From the NCBI RefSeq assembly GCF_000150275.1, contig NW_002060944.1, positions 1,350,911-1,414,910 on the forward strand: DNA of 64,000 bases, given 5' to 3'. The position numbers and the translations under genes are program-made. Of the stretch, positions 26,557 to 42,169 are shown in pieces (positions within the stretch are counted from its first letter, which is position 1; the number at the start of each line of letters is the position of its first letter). The notes under the pieces were generated by a model, which saw only the letters and a program-made list of their open reading frames with translations, was not told the origin of the DNA and did no database searches. Origin of the DNA: Trichoplax adhaerens (taxonomy: Eukaryota > Animalia > Placozoa).

Positions 26557-28040
26557 TGCCGCAACAACGGAAAATTGTAATGGATACTTTATCGATAAGG
26601 CAAATGTTAATCGACACAGTAATCGTTAAGATCAAATTCAAGACTTTTTTACAATAATGACGATCTTACATAAGTATGCACTGCTTGCGTTATAAAATGA
26701 GAATCTCATGTTAGACAACGTTTTGTTTACTGTAATGCTAATAAGGAGAACTATTCGGAAGCAAACGTATAATAACTCTAACACTGTAAGTTGTCTTGAT
26801 AAAATTTGCATATATGATAGAATAAAAAATATATTGCACGTCGAAAAGTTTCGTAAATTATAATAATTTCTACCTTACAATCATTTTATAAGTTTTATGA
26901 TATGTAGAGCTGATGCCTTAAATTGCAAGAAACAATTTCGTATGGTAAAGTACTATAATTTGTTCTTGGCAAATTTTATTGATCAAATTAACATTTTTAA
27001 TTTGTTAATCCAGATGATAGTAATCTAATCAATTTCCAGATAACAAAGATAAAGATAGCTTGTTGAAGAACTGTAAAGATAATTTAGTACATGATATTCA
27101 CTAAACTGCCGAATAAGTTTGGAATTAGGAACGGGTGATTCTGAGAAATTAATAAAAGTTGCTGTATAAACCATCGACAGGTATAATTGTAATTAACCTT
27201 TTTTAATACTGGTCATAATAATAATGAAAAGATTGACCTGTTTAAATGTTAATTTGTCTAGCTACCCATATTTCAAATAGCAGTATCGCTTTATAAAGTT
27301 TTTAAATAGTAAATTCAGCCCAAAATAATTAATTTAGCTAAAGTAGCGAAAGTTATGATATAAACAGTGCAGTCTTGCATACTTTGCAGTGCTCATACTG
27401 GGATCCACCATAGCTAATGCTATCCTTGAAAGATTTAATAAAGCATCAAGACTTCTATCAGGTCTATTCTTTTCAACGCAATTCTAAATCTAATTATGTT
27501 ATTTACGAGCTGTTATAACAAGAAATTCTTTAACGGCAATAATCTCAATAGAATATCATTTCTCCCGAGGATACTTCATTGCGGTTGATGATAAATAAAA
27601 TAACAAATTAAATCTGTCAAATTTCGTGCCATTACTGGTATGGAATTATATTTTGCAACTCATTCTAGTGTCAAAGCTATCAATTAGATATAAGCAGTAA
27701 CTCGAACGATGAAGTAATGTTTTAAGGCCTTTTTGAGTAGGACAGATTTGTTTTAAAATATGAGAGTACACAAAAGATGAAACCTAAGGGGTCTCTTTCA
27801 TTTTAATTAACTATCAATCGACTAAAATTAATTCTAATTGTTTTTGACGAGTAGCCATTAAATCATTATTTCTTATTCACGGTTCACTCAAATTAATCAA
27901 AATATACTATTAGAATCTGTAAATTACCCTGCTCTGATTAATTTATCATGTTAGACAACATCTGCGAAATAAATAGAATAAGAAAGAAGATAAAGGGCGA
28001 GATTGAAACCAAATGGTATGGAAGTTGAACTTAGCGATAA

Positions 28041-29065
28041 ATGGAATTGTCAATGTTAAATGTAAAGAGCAATATAACCGGCAATGTTTCAAATCTTAGC
28101 AGTGGCTCTTATAGCGTACTCTTTACAAACATCAATGATGATCATTGATGTTTGTAAAGAGTACGCTTTGGATTTGCTATAAACTTATTAGCTATATCTA
28201 TGATTATCCAGAATCATCAATTACAAAATGTGACTCATTATCTTGTGTTTAACTTGATTCTATCCAATATTTGGGTTCAATACTGTGACTGGTTGTTGTT
28301 ATTAACATTGATAGGGCAAAATTCTTACACTTACCTACTAAATTCATTAATATTAATTGTAAGTTAGCCTTATGCCTTTGGTTTACGTGTTATACGGCAT
28401 CAGTAGCAACACTAACAGTACTCAGCATTGAAAGATATCGAACTATCATTCATCCAACTAAATCTCGTGTATTAACGCGAAATATTCGCATCGTTGTTTT
28501 AATTACTTGGATGCTTTCTGTTTCAGTTTCACTACCGATTATATTTGTCGCAAACGGGCTAAGTTATAGAAGTTATGATGGCAGTATTGCAATATCCTAT
28601 AGAAAGCGATATTTTACAGGCTATATTATCTTTTTAGATGCAATTGATTATTTCATTCCACTATTCATTATGGTTCATTGTTATGGCAATGTCATCTTCA
28701 AGATGAGAAGGATCTCGATAGCAGCGCTAAGAGATAGAACTACAATTTCTATTCAAGATTTCCATAGAAAGCAGGTTATTAGAATGTTGATTGGTTTGAC
28801 TGTATGTTTTCTAGCGACAGCATTGCCTTGGATTTGTTTAATAACATTAATTTTATTCTCCAGTTATTAAAATCGTTCAAGTCTTCATAAGTATCAGCAA
28901 CAGTGGCTTTAAAATCATCTGCCTAAAATATGTCCTCTCCTATTTTCGATGTCGTTATATTACAATCCGTTATTCTACATGATATCTAACCCACTTTTCT
29001 GTCGCAGTTGTCGTCGACATTTTTTATCCAGAAGAAAAACTCTTATTCGCACTATTCGCCATTAA
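28041..29065 (+). pseudogene. Decayed class A GPCR paralog
   Basis: MELSMLNVKSNITGNVS...FGFAIN...LILSN...CKL...SIERY...YFIP...ALPW...NPLFY is traceable. Lesions: stop at 28146-28148 inside a palindrome, a frameshift in or after TM2, ECL2 YDC changed to YDG, and in-frame TAA at 28868 and 28910. Confidence 0.88.
28113..28167. repeat. Perfect 27-bp inverted repeat with a 1-nt loop
   Basis: AGCGTACTCTTTACAAACATCAATGAT-G-ATCATTGATGTTTGTAAAGAGTACGCT. Confidence 0.95.
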
Positions 29066-29665
29066 TTTTGCAATTCGTAAACCGAAAAAATATATTTGCA
29101 AAATAAGTTTATGCTGTTCAATAGTTTGCGAAGCTCTATCTATAATGAAATTAATGTATGTATTAATATACGAGTAAAAAATTTAATAATTGTCTAAAAG
29201 CCCAAAAAATTTCATTCTTATTTTAAGTTAATTTATAGGGTTGAAAATTAATTACTAATAGTTACAATAAATGATATTAAAAGTTTCTTAATAGAGAGGA
29301 ATAATTAAGTAATCTCATCAAATATACCATTAATATTAAAGTGTTTATTCAGAGGGTTAAAATAAAGATATTGATCATTGTAAGCTAATAACTGAAATGC
29401 AAAGGTAGAATGAAACAAAATTTTATGGTAATAGAATATTGCTAACAGAAATTAATATGTATAATTAAATTTGAATCTAAAGGCATACAATAATTTTAGC
29501 GGCGTTTTTTCAGGTTATAGGATGAGAATGATGGGCAATAGTTCTAAATTGAATAGATATGAACCTAAGTAAATGATATCATGTTTACTTACTCGGTATC
29601 TAATATTGAGGAGATGTGGGTACTTACAAGGTAAACTTTAGATATAAAATACGCTCGCTTGCTGC

Positions 29666-30892
29666 TGTCACAAACCAGCTTCCTGACAAGGATAACGTAA
29701 AATAAATCTCTAAATCTCCAAAAAAATTTGCAGATTCAGTATCCCTACTCACAAGAATTTAGACGCCTTTGATTCTACGTTAAACTCAACTAGACAATTG
29801 AGAACTTCTTTATTCAACTATCTGACGGGCTTATATACCGTTCTACAGCAGCTAACATTCATGAGTCATCTTATAAAAATACTTAGGTGAGAACGTCTAC
29901 TAACTAATTTTTCACAGTCGGACTACAACATGTCCATTCACAGAATCATTTCCGTACACATTACAGCACAGCATTAAATTTACTGTAACACATTTACAAT
30001 TAGAGTAATTCCTATTGTAAGTAACTAGTTGTAATATATTATCACTATATTATTATATTCACCAAATTTAGATAGCTATTTCTTCTCGGTAGTTCGTACC
30101 GTGACACTCCCCTCGCCTAAAATTTAGCTCAGGGTTATAAATTTTAATCATAACATTTTAATTACCTCGTAAGGAAGTAATTTTAAAATTTGTTATTTTT
30201 CTATATTCATACAAATATTTACAATTGACTATATTAAGAGGAAATTATCCACATGGCTGTCCTTTGCCTCTTTCGAATGGTGCTCCGACTATTGACATTT
30301 TCTGTTTATATATTCTCGGCAGTGCCAATTGATTTTCAACTGGGAACTTCGCTTCCGGAGTTGCCAACGAGCTGTTGCTGCGGTGAAATTGTTTACCCGT
30401 TTCAGAGTTGAAAGTTGTACCTTCTTTCACATACCGTTAATCTTTGGCGATTTCTTCCGGCTTTTGTCGTTTTTGTTCCACGACAGATTCCTCATTAGAA
30501 AAGATATCCTTTTCTGGTTCTCTAATGGCCTTTATAGCAGTAGCTTCTAAATTATCCGGCTCCTCACTGACCACAGTTTCCAGGTCCAGGTTATTAATTG
30601 TTAGTAAATTGAATTCTTCAATAGCGTTTCGTCCCAAAATAGCATCATACGGTAGTGCATCCACAACAGCGGCAAGGCTAATTTTTTTCTTCCTACCAAT
30701 TTTAATGCTGATGTTGGTAGTAGGCACTATTATAGGATTTTGCATGAATCCAGTCGCGCATACTTGATCCTCGTAGTTTATATCATCTTCCATTAAGTAC
30801 TTGCTTTGGACCAGCGTCAAATCTGAACCTGTATCAATGAGCACTTTAGCTACCATTTGTTCGATTTTGATTTCTCTAACAAATGGATTGGA
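29666..30892 (-). mobile_element. 5'-truncated, internally deleted Gypsy-type LTR retrotransposon: protease remnant, PPT and 3' LTR (29666-30106)
   Basis: Retropepsin motifs VLIDTGSDLTLV and YDAILGRN in ORF 30437-30856. Minus-strand polypurine tract GGCGAGGGGAG (30107-30117) directly abuts LTR start TGTCAC; the LTR ends GTGACA at 29666. The LTR 3' end resembles family A. Confidence 0.85.
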
Positions 30893-32011
30893 AACTGTAG
30901 ATGTATGATTGTAGAAATTGATAGGAAATTGATCGATTCAGATTTGTCGCAAATATAAATAATTAAAACTTCACTTCATAATGACTCAGTATCCACCATA
31001 TTACGGCTCCTTTAATCTTAGAATTTTCAGCATTAATAGCATTAAATCACATCTTACTACAATTGTACATACTATACTTAATATAATTTTTACTATCTGA
31101 AATATTCTTTTGCTATTCCCAATATCATTCTTCTCACTAGATGGTTGCTGCTATGGTTACAAGAAATCATTAACTAACACCAATTACAAATTATTGCAAC
31201 TCACTAAATTTTAGTACTATAGTAATAAATATTGCATATATACACACACAAAACAGATAATTAATTAACATCTGTGACATTGACGTTAGTAAATTGATGG
31301 CAAGCAAAATAAATATCTTTAGCATTTTTTTAATATAATATTTCTTCGCAAGCATAATTAAATTTTAAGATTTTCTTTCTTATTTGTTCTCAATTTTATG
31401 ATCAATTCTTTAGATTATACTGGTTGCGTAAATTTTATTAATGATCCCTTGCTTTTACATAAATAACGTCGATCATAAGAACAATGCACGTTTAGTTGAA
31501 AATCTGCCAGCACAATACATTATCTTCATTGCTTGCGTAAGGCATTTTTAAGTTGTTATTTAATTCTAGTTTTACTTTAAAGATAAGTATCAAGATACCA
31601 TAACTGGCCACTTATTAAACATTTCCTAATAATCCGTTGCCTAAAGTATCAAGTCAGAATGTAACACAGTAATATGGAATAATTTTAGTGCAGTTACTAT
31701 TGCACTGCCCAAGGTACCAATCTGATATATTTGTACTTTCACACTATGACTTTAGGTACATAAAGAAAATTTACCAATCACAGATCATTAAGGTAATTAG
31801 TTTCCATTAGTAGATATATAAAAATATACTCAAGCGGGCAGTAAGTAAGCAATAGGAGTACTCATTTAACAAAAGAATATCAGTTAATGATGATTGAGAT
31901 ATACAGTGTAGGAATAAAATTTACATTTTATTTTTTAATTGCTTAGATCTATAACCGAAATCAATCTAGGAAAAATTCAGAATATCCAAGTCAAAGAACT
32001 AATCGAAAACG

Positions 32012-33043
32012 ATGGAAATTTGGACATCCAATATCACAGATCCGCCTATTAATATAACTAGACCTCTACAAAATAATATTGAAACGGTTTATTTAACAAT
32101 ATCTACCACATTAAATGCAGCAGGATTTATCTTTAATTCGATAGTGATGGCCTACATTATTCGAAATCGCTATACTCAAAATGCTGTAAACTATCTCGTC
32201 GGTAACTTAATATTATCCAATATCTTGAATTCCTTCCAGTGGAGTTGTGGTAACATTTATGTGGCTATAGTGCAACAAGCTGGTTGGTCATTTGCATTAA
32301 TGAATATTATCTGTAAGTTCAGCATTTACTTCTGGTTAGTATGTTATACCGCTTCAGTTGGAACACTAAAGTTATTGAGTATTGAGAGGTATCGAGCAAT
32401 AATTCATCCTCTTAACCCTCGATTACACGGTCGCAAGCTTATTATTATCCTTGTAATTTTGTGGCTATTCGCGATAATAATTTCTTTACCGGTTCTATAT
32501 AGTGTAGCAGCCAATGAAATTCTCAAATACGACTGTATTGTTAATATTAGTCAGTCTATATTCCATTTAGTGCATATAATATTTTTGAACTTTATCGATT
32601 ATATTCTTCCTGTTTGTGTTATGATATATTGTTATACAAAAGTTATTATCAAGTTAAGAAAGACATCAGTCCAGGCTTTACGAAATAAGAAGTTATCAGC
32701 TGGCGAACGTCGAAAAAAGCGCGTCGTTAAAATGTCAATAATTTTAACCGTGTGCTTTATTATAAGTGCTTTACCTTGGATCTTTGGCTTCAATGCAGCT
32801 TTATTTATTGATAATTCATCAAATGGCTCTCAACAAGATCCAGACAACGGCGACTCATCGCATACTCTACTTCAATTATTTCCGCTCTTATTTTTATTAT
32901 CACTTTTCTATGATCCAATATTTTATATTCTAAGCAATCGCCATATCAGTGTCAGTAACGACGAGAGTAGTAAATCTACTAGTCGTACTCGAATAAAGCT
33001 ACCAGTCAAAATGGCGTTCATCCGCAATAACTCCACAGCTTAA
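32012..33043 (+). CDS. Class A orphan GPCR, intronless CDS, 343 aa
   Basis: GFIFN, LILSN (N2.50), CKF...SIERY, YDC, YILP, SALPW, DPIFY. Confidence 0.93.
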   Translation: MEIWTSNITDPPINITRPLQNNIETVYLTISTTLNAAGFIFNSIVMAYIIRNRYTQNAVNYLVGNLILSNILNSFQWSCGNIYVAIVQQAGWSFALMNIICKFSIYFWLVCYTASVGTLKLLSIERYRAIIHPLNPRLHGRKLIIILVILWLFAIIISLPVLYSVAANEILKYDCIVNISQSIFHLVHIIFLNFIDYILPVCVMIYCYTKVIIKLRKTSVQALRNKKLSAGERRKKRVVKMSIILTVCFIISALPWIFGFNAALFIDNSSNGSQQDPDNGDSSHTLLQLFPLLFLLSLFYDPIFYILSNRHISVSNDESSKSTSRTRIKLPVKMAFIRNNSTA

Positions 33044-34113
33044 AAAATATCTTCCTTATTTGATTGCCGGATTTAAGTTATCTCGAAGGCAATAATTCTG
33101 TCTCGCATGCGCGAATACCGTATATAAGAGAAAATAACGCTACGTTTATCTTTGCCTTACAGAGTATAATTTAGATATAGTTAACTTTAATCTCAATGCA
33201 CAGACTATATTAAACTACAGATTGTTGATTGCTGTTAATTGTAGGGATAGAAAAGTTCTATTAGCAGTCGTATATTTAATTCTTATGGAGCCCATCACTA
33301 TGCATACTAAAGTAATGGTAATATTTAACGTTACTAGACAGTTTAGAACACTTCAAGATATAGTATTAATTTGTTAAGTCTAAATAAAAGCGCAAGTATC
33401 CTAGTGTTTCTTAGCAATCAGATTAACGTTAGTGACTTATTACAATAGTAAGTTATATTATTTTTTCTCTAGCCTTAAATCTTATTATTACAGATATTAA
33501 CATCCGGGCTATGTATTATGATTTAAGGTAATATTATTTAGCTCGATCTAACTATAATATTAAAACGTAACGTCAGGCAGTAGCTATTACAGAGAAAAAA
33601 ATACAATAATTTCTATCGCAGCAAGGTACGATAGCTGAATTTCGTAAGTTATCTCGCAAATTTTTTGAGTATGAGGTTCGAAATGACGGTAGATTTATCA
33701 TTTTTTATTCCAGAAGCTTCTAAATCATTTGTAAACTTATTCATATAACAACTAGAAAAGTATTACAAGTAATTTCCAACAGCATCTAACTCAAAGTAAC
33801 TTCGATAACTAATAGAAGATAATGGGCATATAGAAATATGAAATAAATGGCATGCTATAATTTATAATAGGAGCAACGAAAAAGCGGTTATAAAAAATAC
33901 GTATGATAAACATTATTAATAAACTGCAGCAGTACAGCAATCATTTAGCTTTAAAGTTTGCTTTTTGATACAATATAATGTTCGAAATGCATGCTTTTCT
34001 CTTCTTATTTTGATTAACTTGCGTACTGTTAACTTCGAATTCAACCGGAATATTCCAATATAAGTTTCTGTTGTTTTCACTCAAAGCAATTAGCTCGAGT
34101 AAGGTGTATCCTT

Positions 34114-34543
34114 TGTTGTAATCTGAGTTCTGTAATCGTGTTACGGTTTAGAATGTAAATTAAACTGAAAGGATACATCAAGTCTTGTCGGTACGTACGT
34201 ATCATTACAAATACTAATATTTAAATAATACAATATTCAAGGACTCGGTACTCAGTTGTTTTCTCAGTGCTCGTAGACGAGCGTTCACATTATTAAATTT
34301 GAGCTCCTCTTCGAAGATTGTAAGTCCTGCATCTTTAGGTAATAACTTAGGATCTACGCGTATTGCCTTATTCGTAGCTCTTAGTTACGTGAAGTGTAAT
34401 AAGTAGAGAACTAGATTATCAGTTAACCGAAGGTTGCTTAGTTTGTTATGAGTTACTAGATCAAGTATCCCAGCTACCTGATAGTCGGAGTACCTCGTGA
34501 GCTATTCCAGCACCGTCTTGTCAAAATACACCAAGCGGTAACA
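34114..34543. mobile_element. Putative solo LTR, family D
   Basis: 430 bp with TGTTG...GTAACA termini and flanks TCCTT / TCTTT (4/5 TSD). GC-richer than the flanks. Single copy in the window. Confidence 0.45.
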
Positions 34544-36145
34544 TCTTTTATCCATTTAATTAATTATTAAATTGCTCTTATTAGAATATTGACAAGATGA
34601 AAGATCTTTTAGGTAGTTTACATTATTGAAATTTTCTTAAGTTATTCCTTTATAATTGTCGACCGTAGTCAATGCTTGTTAGATCTAGATAGCCATCACT
34701 ATTAAAATTATAAACTAATATAAAATATAAAAGGAGCGAGCTCACAACGACTAGTTGTTCCGAAATTCAGTAGTCATAAAGGCTTGTCGAGCGAGATAAT
34801 AAAATTTTTAACTGAAGACTTTTCGAGTAATTTATTAATTATACGTACCCGGAGCACATTAGGATATTAGTTACTAGAGGAGTAAACCATTCACAAAGAA
34901 GAAAATTTGTGATAGTAACATATATGATTCAAATAACATTATAATAAGATATTAGTAATAACGGAAAAAGCTAATTAAAATCTTGATATCATGAGTATGG
35001 CCGATACGATACTGTAGTAATATGATATTTAATGAACTATTTCGTAATTATTAGTTACAATACCTAATTAAAACCAGGAAGCTTTATTAGACCTTTCTGC
35101 CTTGCATACGAACTGTAGATGTGTGATTGTAGAAACTGATTGGGATTAATCTAAAATTAATCAGCTCAGATTTGTCATAAATATAAATAATTAAAAGTAC
35201 CATTCATAATTACTCAGTATCCGCCATATCATGACTACTTTAATCTTAGAAGATTCAGAATTATTAACATTAAATCACGTGTTATTATAATTTCACATAC
35301 GATACTTAATATAATATTTATTATCTAAAATATTCTTCTGTAATTCTAAATAACGTTATTCCCACTATACGATTACTACTATCGATCCGAGAATCTATTA
35401 ATCGACGCAAACTACAAATCATTGTTACACAATAAATTTAAATACAGTATAGCGACAAATTGTTTATAAATACTCACAAAATAGATAATATAACTGATAA
35501 TTGTGAAAATATCGCCAATAAATTGATCGTGGATAAAATAAATACCTTTAGTATTTTCAAATGTAATATTTCTGCGGAAGCATGATAATTTAATTTTAAG
35601 ATTTTCCTTCTTATTTGTTCTCGATTTTATAATATATTCTATTGATTGTGCCGATAGCGTAAAATTTATTAATGATCTCTTGCCTCAATATAAATAACGT
35701 CGAGCTTCGGAATAGAAAGCGCTAAGTTAAAATCTACCGGTACAGTACAGCATCTTTCTTGCTTGTATGAGACATTTTTAAGTTATTATTTCATTCTGGA
35801 TTTATTTTAAAGCTAAATTTCAAAATAATAAAATTGATTACTTGGTAAACTTTTTGTATTAATCAGAGCTATTGTACCTAAAATATCAAATTATAGAATA
35901 ACGGGGTCAACAAAAGAGAACGGTGTAACGTCTTTTATAAGACACTAGTCAAACTTATTCGTACTATTACTACGACTCTCTACGAAGCGAATAAGTATTC
36001 AACGAAAGTATTCCATTTGATAACGATTACGATATAGAGAGTAAAATTAAAAGTTAACATTTTATTCTTAACTGTCTAGTTCTACAATCGAAATCAATCT
36101 AGGAAAAAATTTGGAATATCTAAGTGAAAGAGCCAATCGAAAACA

Positions 36146-36601
36146 ATGGAAATTTGGACATCCAGTATCACAGATCCGCCTATTAATATAACTAGACCTC
36201 TACAAAATGAGTCTGAAACGGCTTATTTAACAATATCTATCACATTAAATGCAGCAGGATTTATCTTTAATTCGATAGTGATGGCCTACATTATTCGAAA
36301 TCGCTATACTCAAAATGCTGTAAACTATCTCGTCGGTAACTTAATATTATTTAAAATCTTGAATTCCTTTCAGTTGAATATTGCCAACATTTATATGACT
36401 ATAGAGCAACAAGCTGGTTGGCCATTTGCATTAATGAATATTATCTGTAAGTTCAGCATTTACTTCTGGTTAGTATGTTATACCGCTTCAGTTGGAACAC
36501 TAACGTTATTGAGTATTGAGAGGTATCGGGCAATAATTCATCCTCTTAACCCTCGATTACACGGTCGCAAGTTTACTATTATCCTTATAATTTTGTGGTA
36601 G
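36146..36601 (+). pseudogene. 3'-truncated GPCR duplicate of the 32012 gene (TM1 to start of TM4)
   Basis: About 94% nt identity to 32012-32464. Homology stops abruptly at TTGTGG (36598), followed by TAG. No TM5-7 found downstream. Confidence 0.88.
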
Positions 36602-37396
36602 CAGTAGCTGCATAATACAGTATAGTACTCAATGCAGTGTGAAGCTGTTAATGTTTACCCTTACTGGATGTCTATTTATATTATGATGTGCTACTATACT
36701 TGTGTAGGGTAACCAACATCGAAGTATACTCATAGTTAATTTAAATGCTACACGATCATTCTGTTGGAATCGCTAGTAGAATTTGGTTTGCACATTAAAG
36801 TAGTTTCGTAGCATTTGGCGACTCTTTAAAGAATTTATGTTAAGATGTTGTTTACTATACATAGAAAATAGTTTCACGTTGTCCTTAATATTTACTTATT
36901 TCTTGTTGCTAAGTTGTTATAGAAAGGCCAGTAAATAAAAATAAAGTAAATGTTAGGTAGATTTTACTTGATCTTCATGTTGGCTAAGTTTTCTTGCTTC
37001 TTCGACTAACGAGTTTCGTCTTACAGTAATAAGATAATACTAGCAATAATGCTGATACTAATTCCACATTAGTGAGTAAGAATTTTTTTCCAAACCTGAA
37101 CTATTTTTAGCAATTCATTTATCTATTACATGAACTCATTAATATTTTGTTAAAGTCTGCGCATACCAGCTGGTAAAATATCGCTCTCCCATACCATAAT
37201 TTTTAGTAGGTTTCTATACCCTTCCTAGAATCATTCACAGTGTTCTAGGAAATAAAGTAAGGACGTACGTGTTTACAGAAATACTATATTCTAAAGCCAT
37301 TTATCTCTGTAATTCGTCAATGATCTATTTTAGATTTCGAACTGAGTAATTGTGCTACCGAATCAATAGTGTGCCATATACGTGTTAAAGATAATT

Positions 37397-42033
<4,637 letters not shown>

Positions 42034-42169
42034 GGCGACCCCGACTCTCTTCCTATACGGTCTGATATAGGAATTGATTTATCCTTGTTCTACGCCAGTA
42101 GTTTGTTTATAATCGAGGCAACTGAGCTGGAGAAATTGCCAGTTCATGAAGTGATGGCGATAGCGAGTA

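Larger units (their letters stand above)
30893..36598 (+). repeat. Tandem segmental duplication: 30893-~32464 versus ~35111-36598
   Basis: Upstream regions align (AACTGTAGATGT.TGATTGTAGAAA.TGAT...) with many substitutions. The first 453 coding nt differ at only ~26 positions by manual count. Confidence 0.85.

Noticed and set aside
5895-33043. GPCRs as opsins
   Set aside because: None has Lys at position 7.43 in TM7.
36594-37198. Possible LTR insertion truncating the last GPCR (TGTGGTA...TACCATA with ATTT flanks; TGGTAGCAG resembles an iMet PBS)
   Set aside because: The remainder of the GPCR does not resume afterwards, TGTGG is shared with the intact paralog, and ATTT matches are expected by chance in AT-rich DNA.
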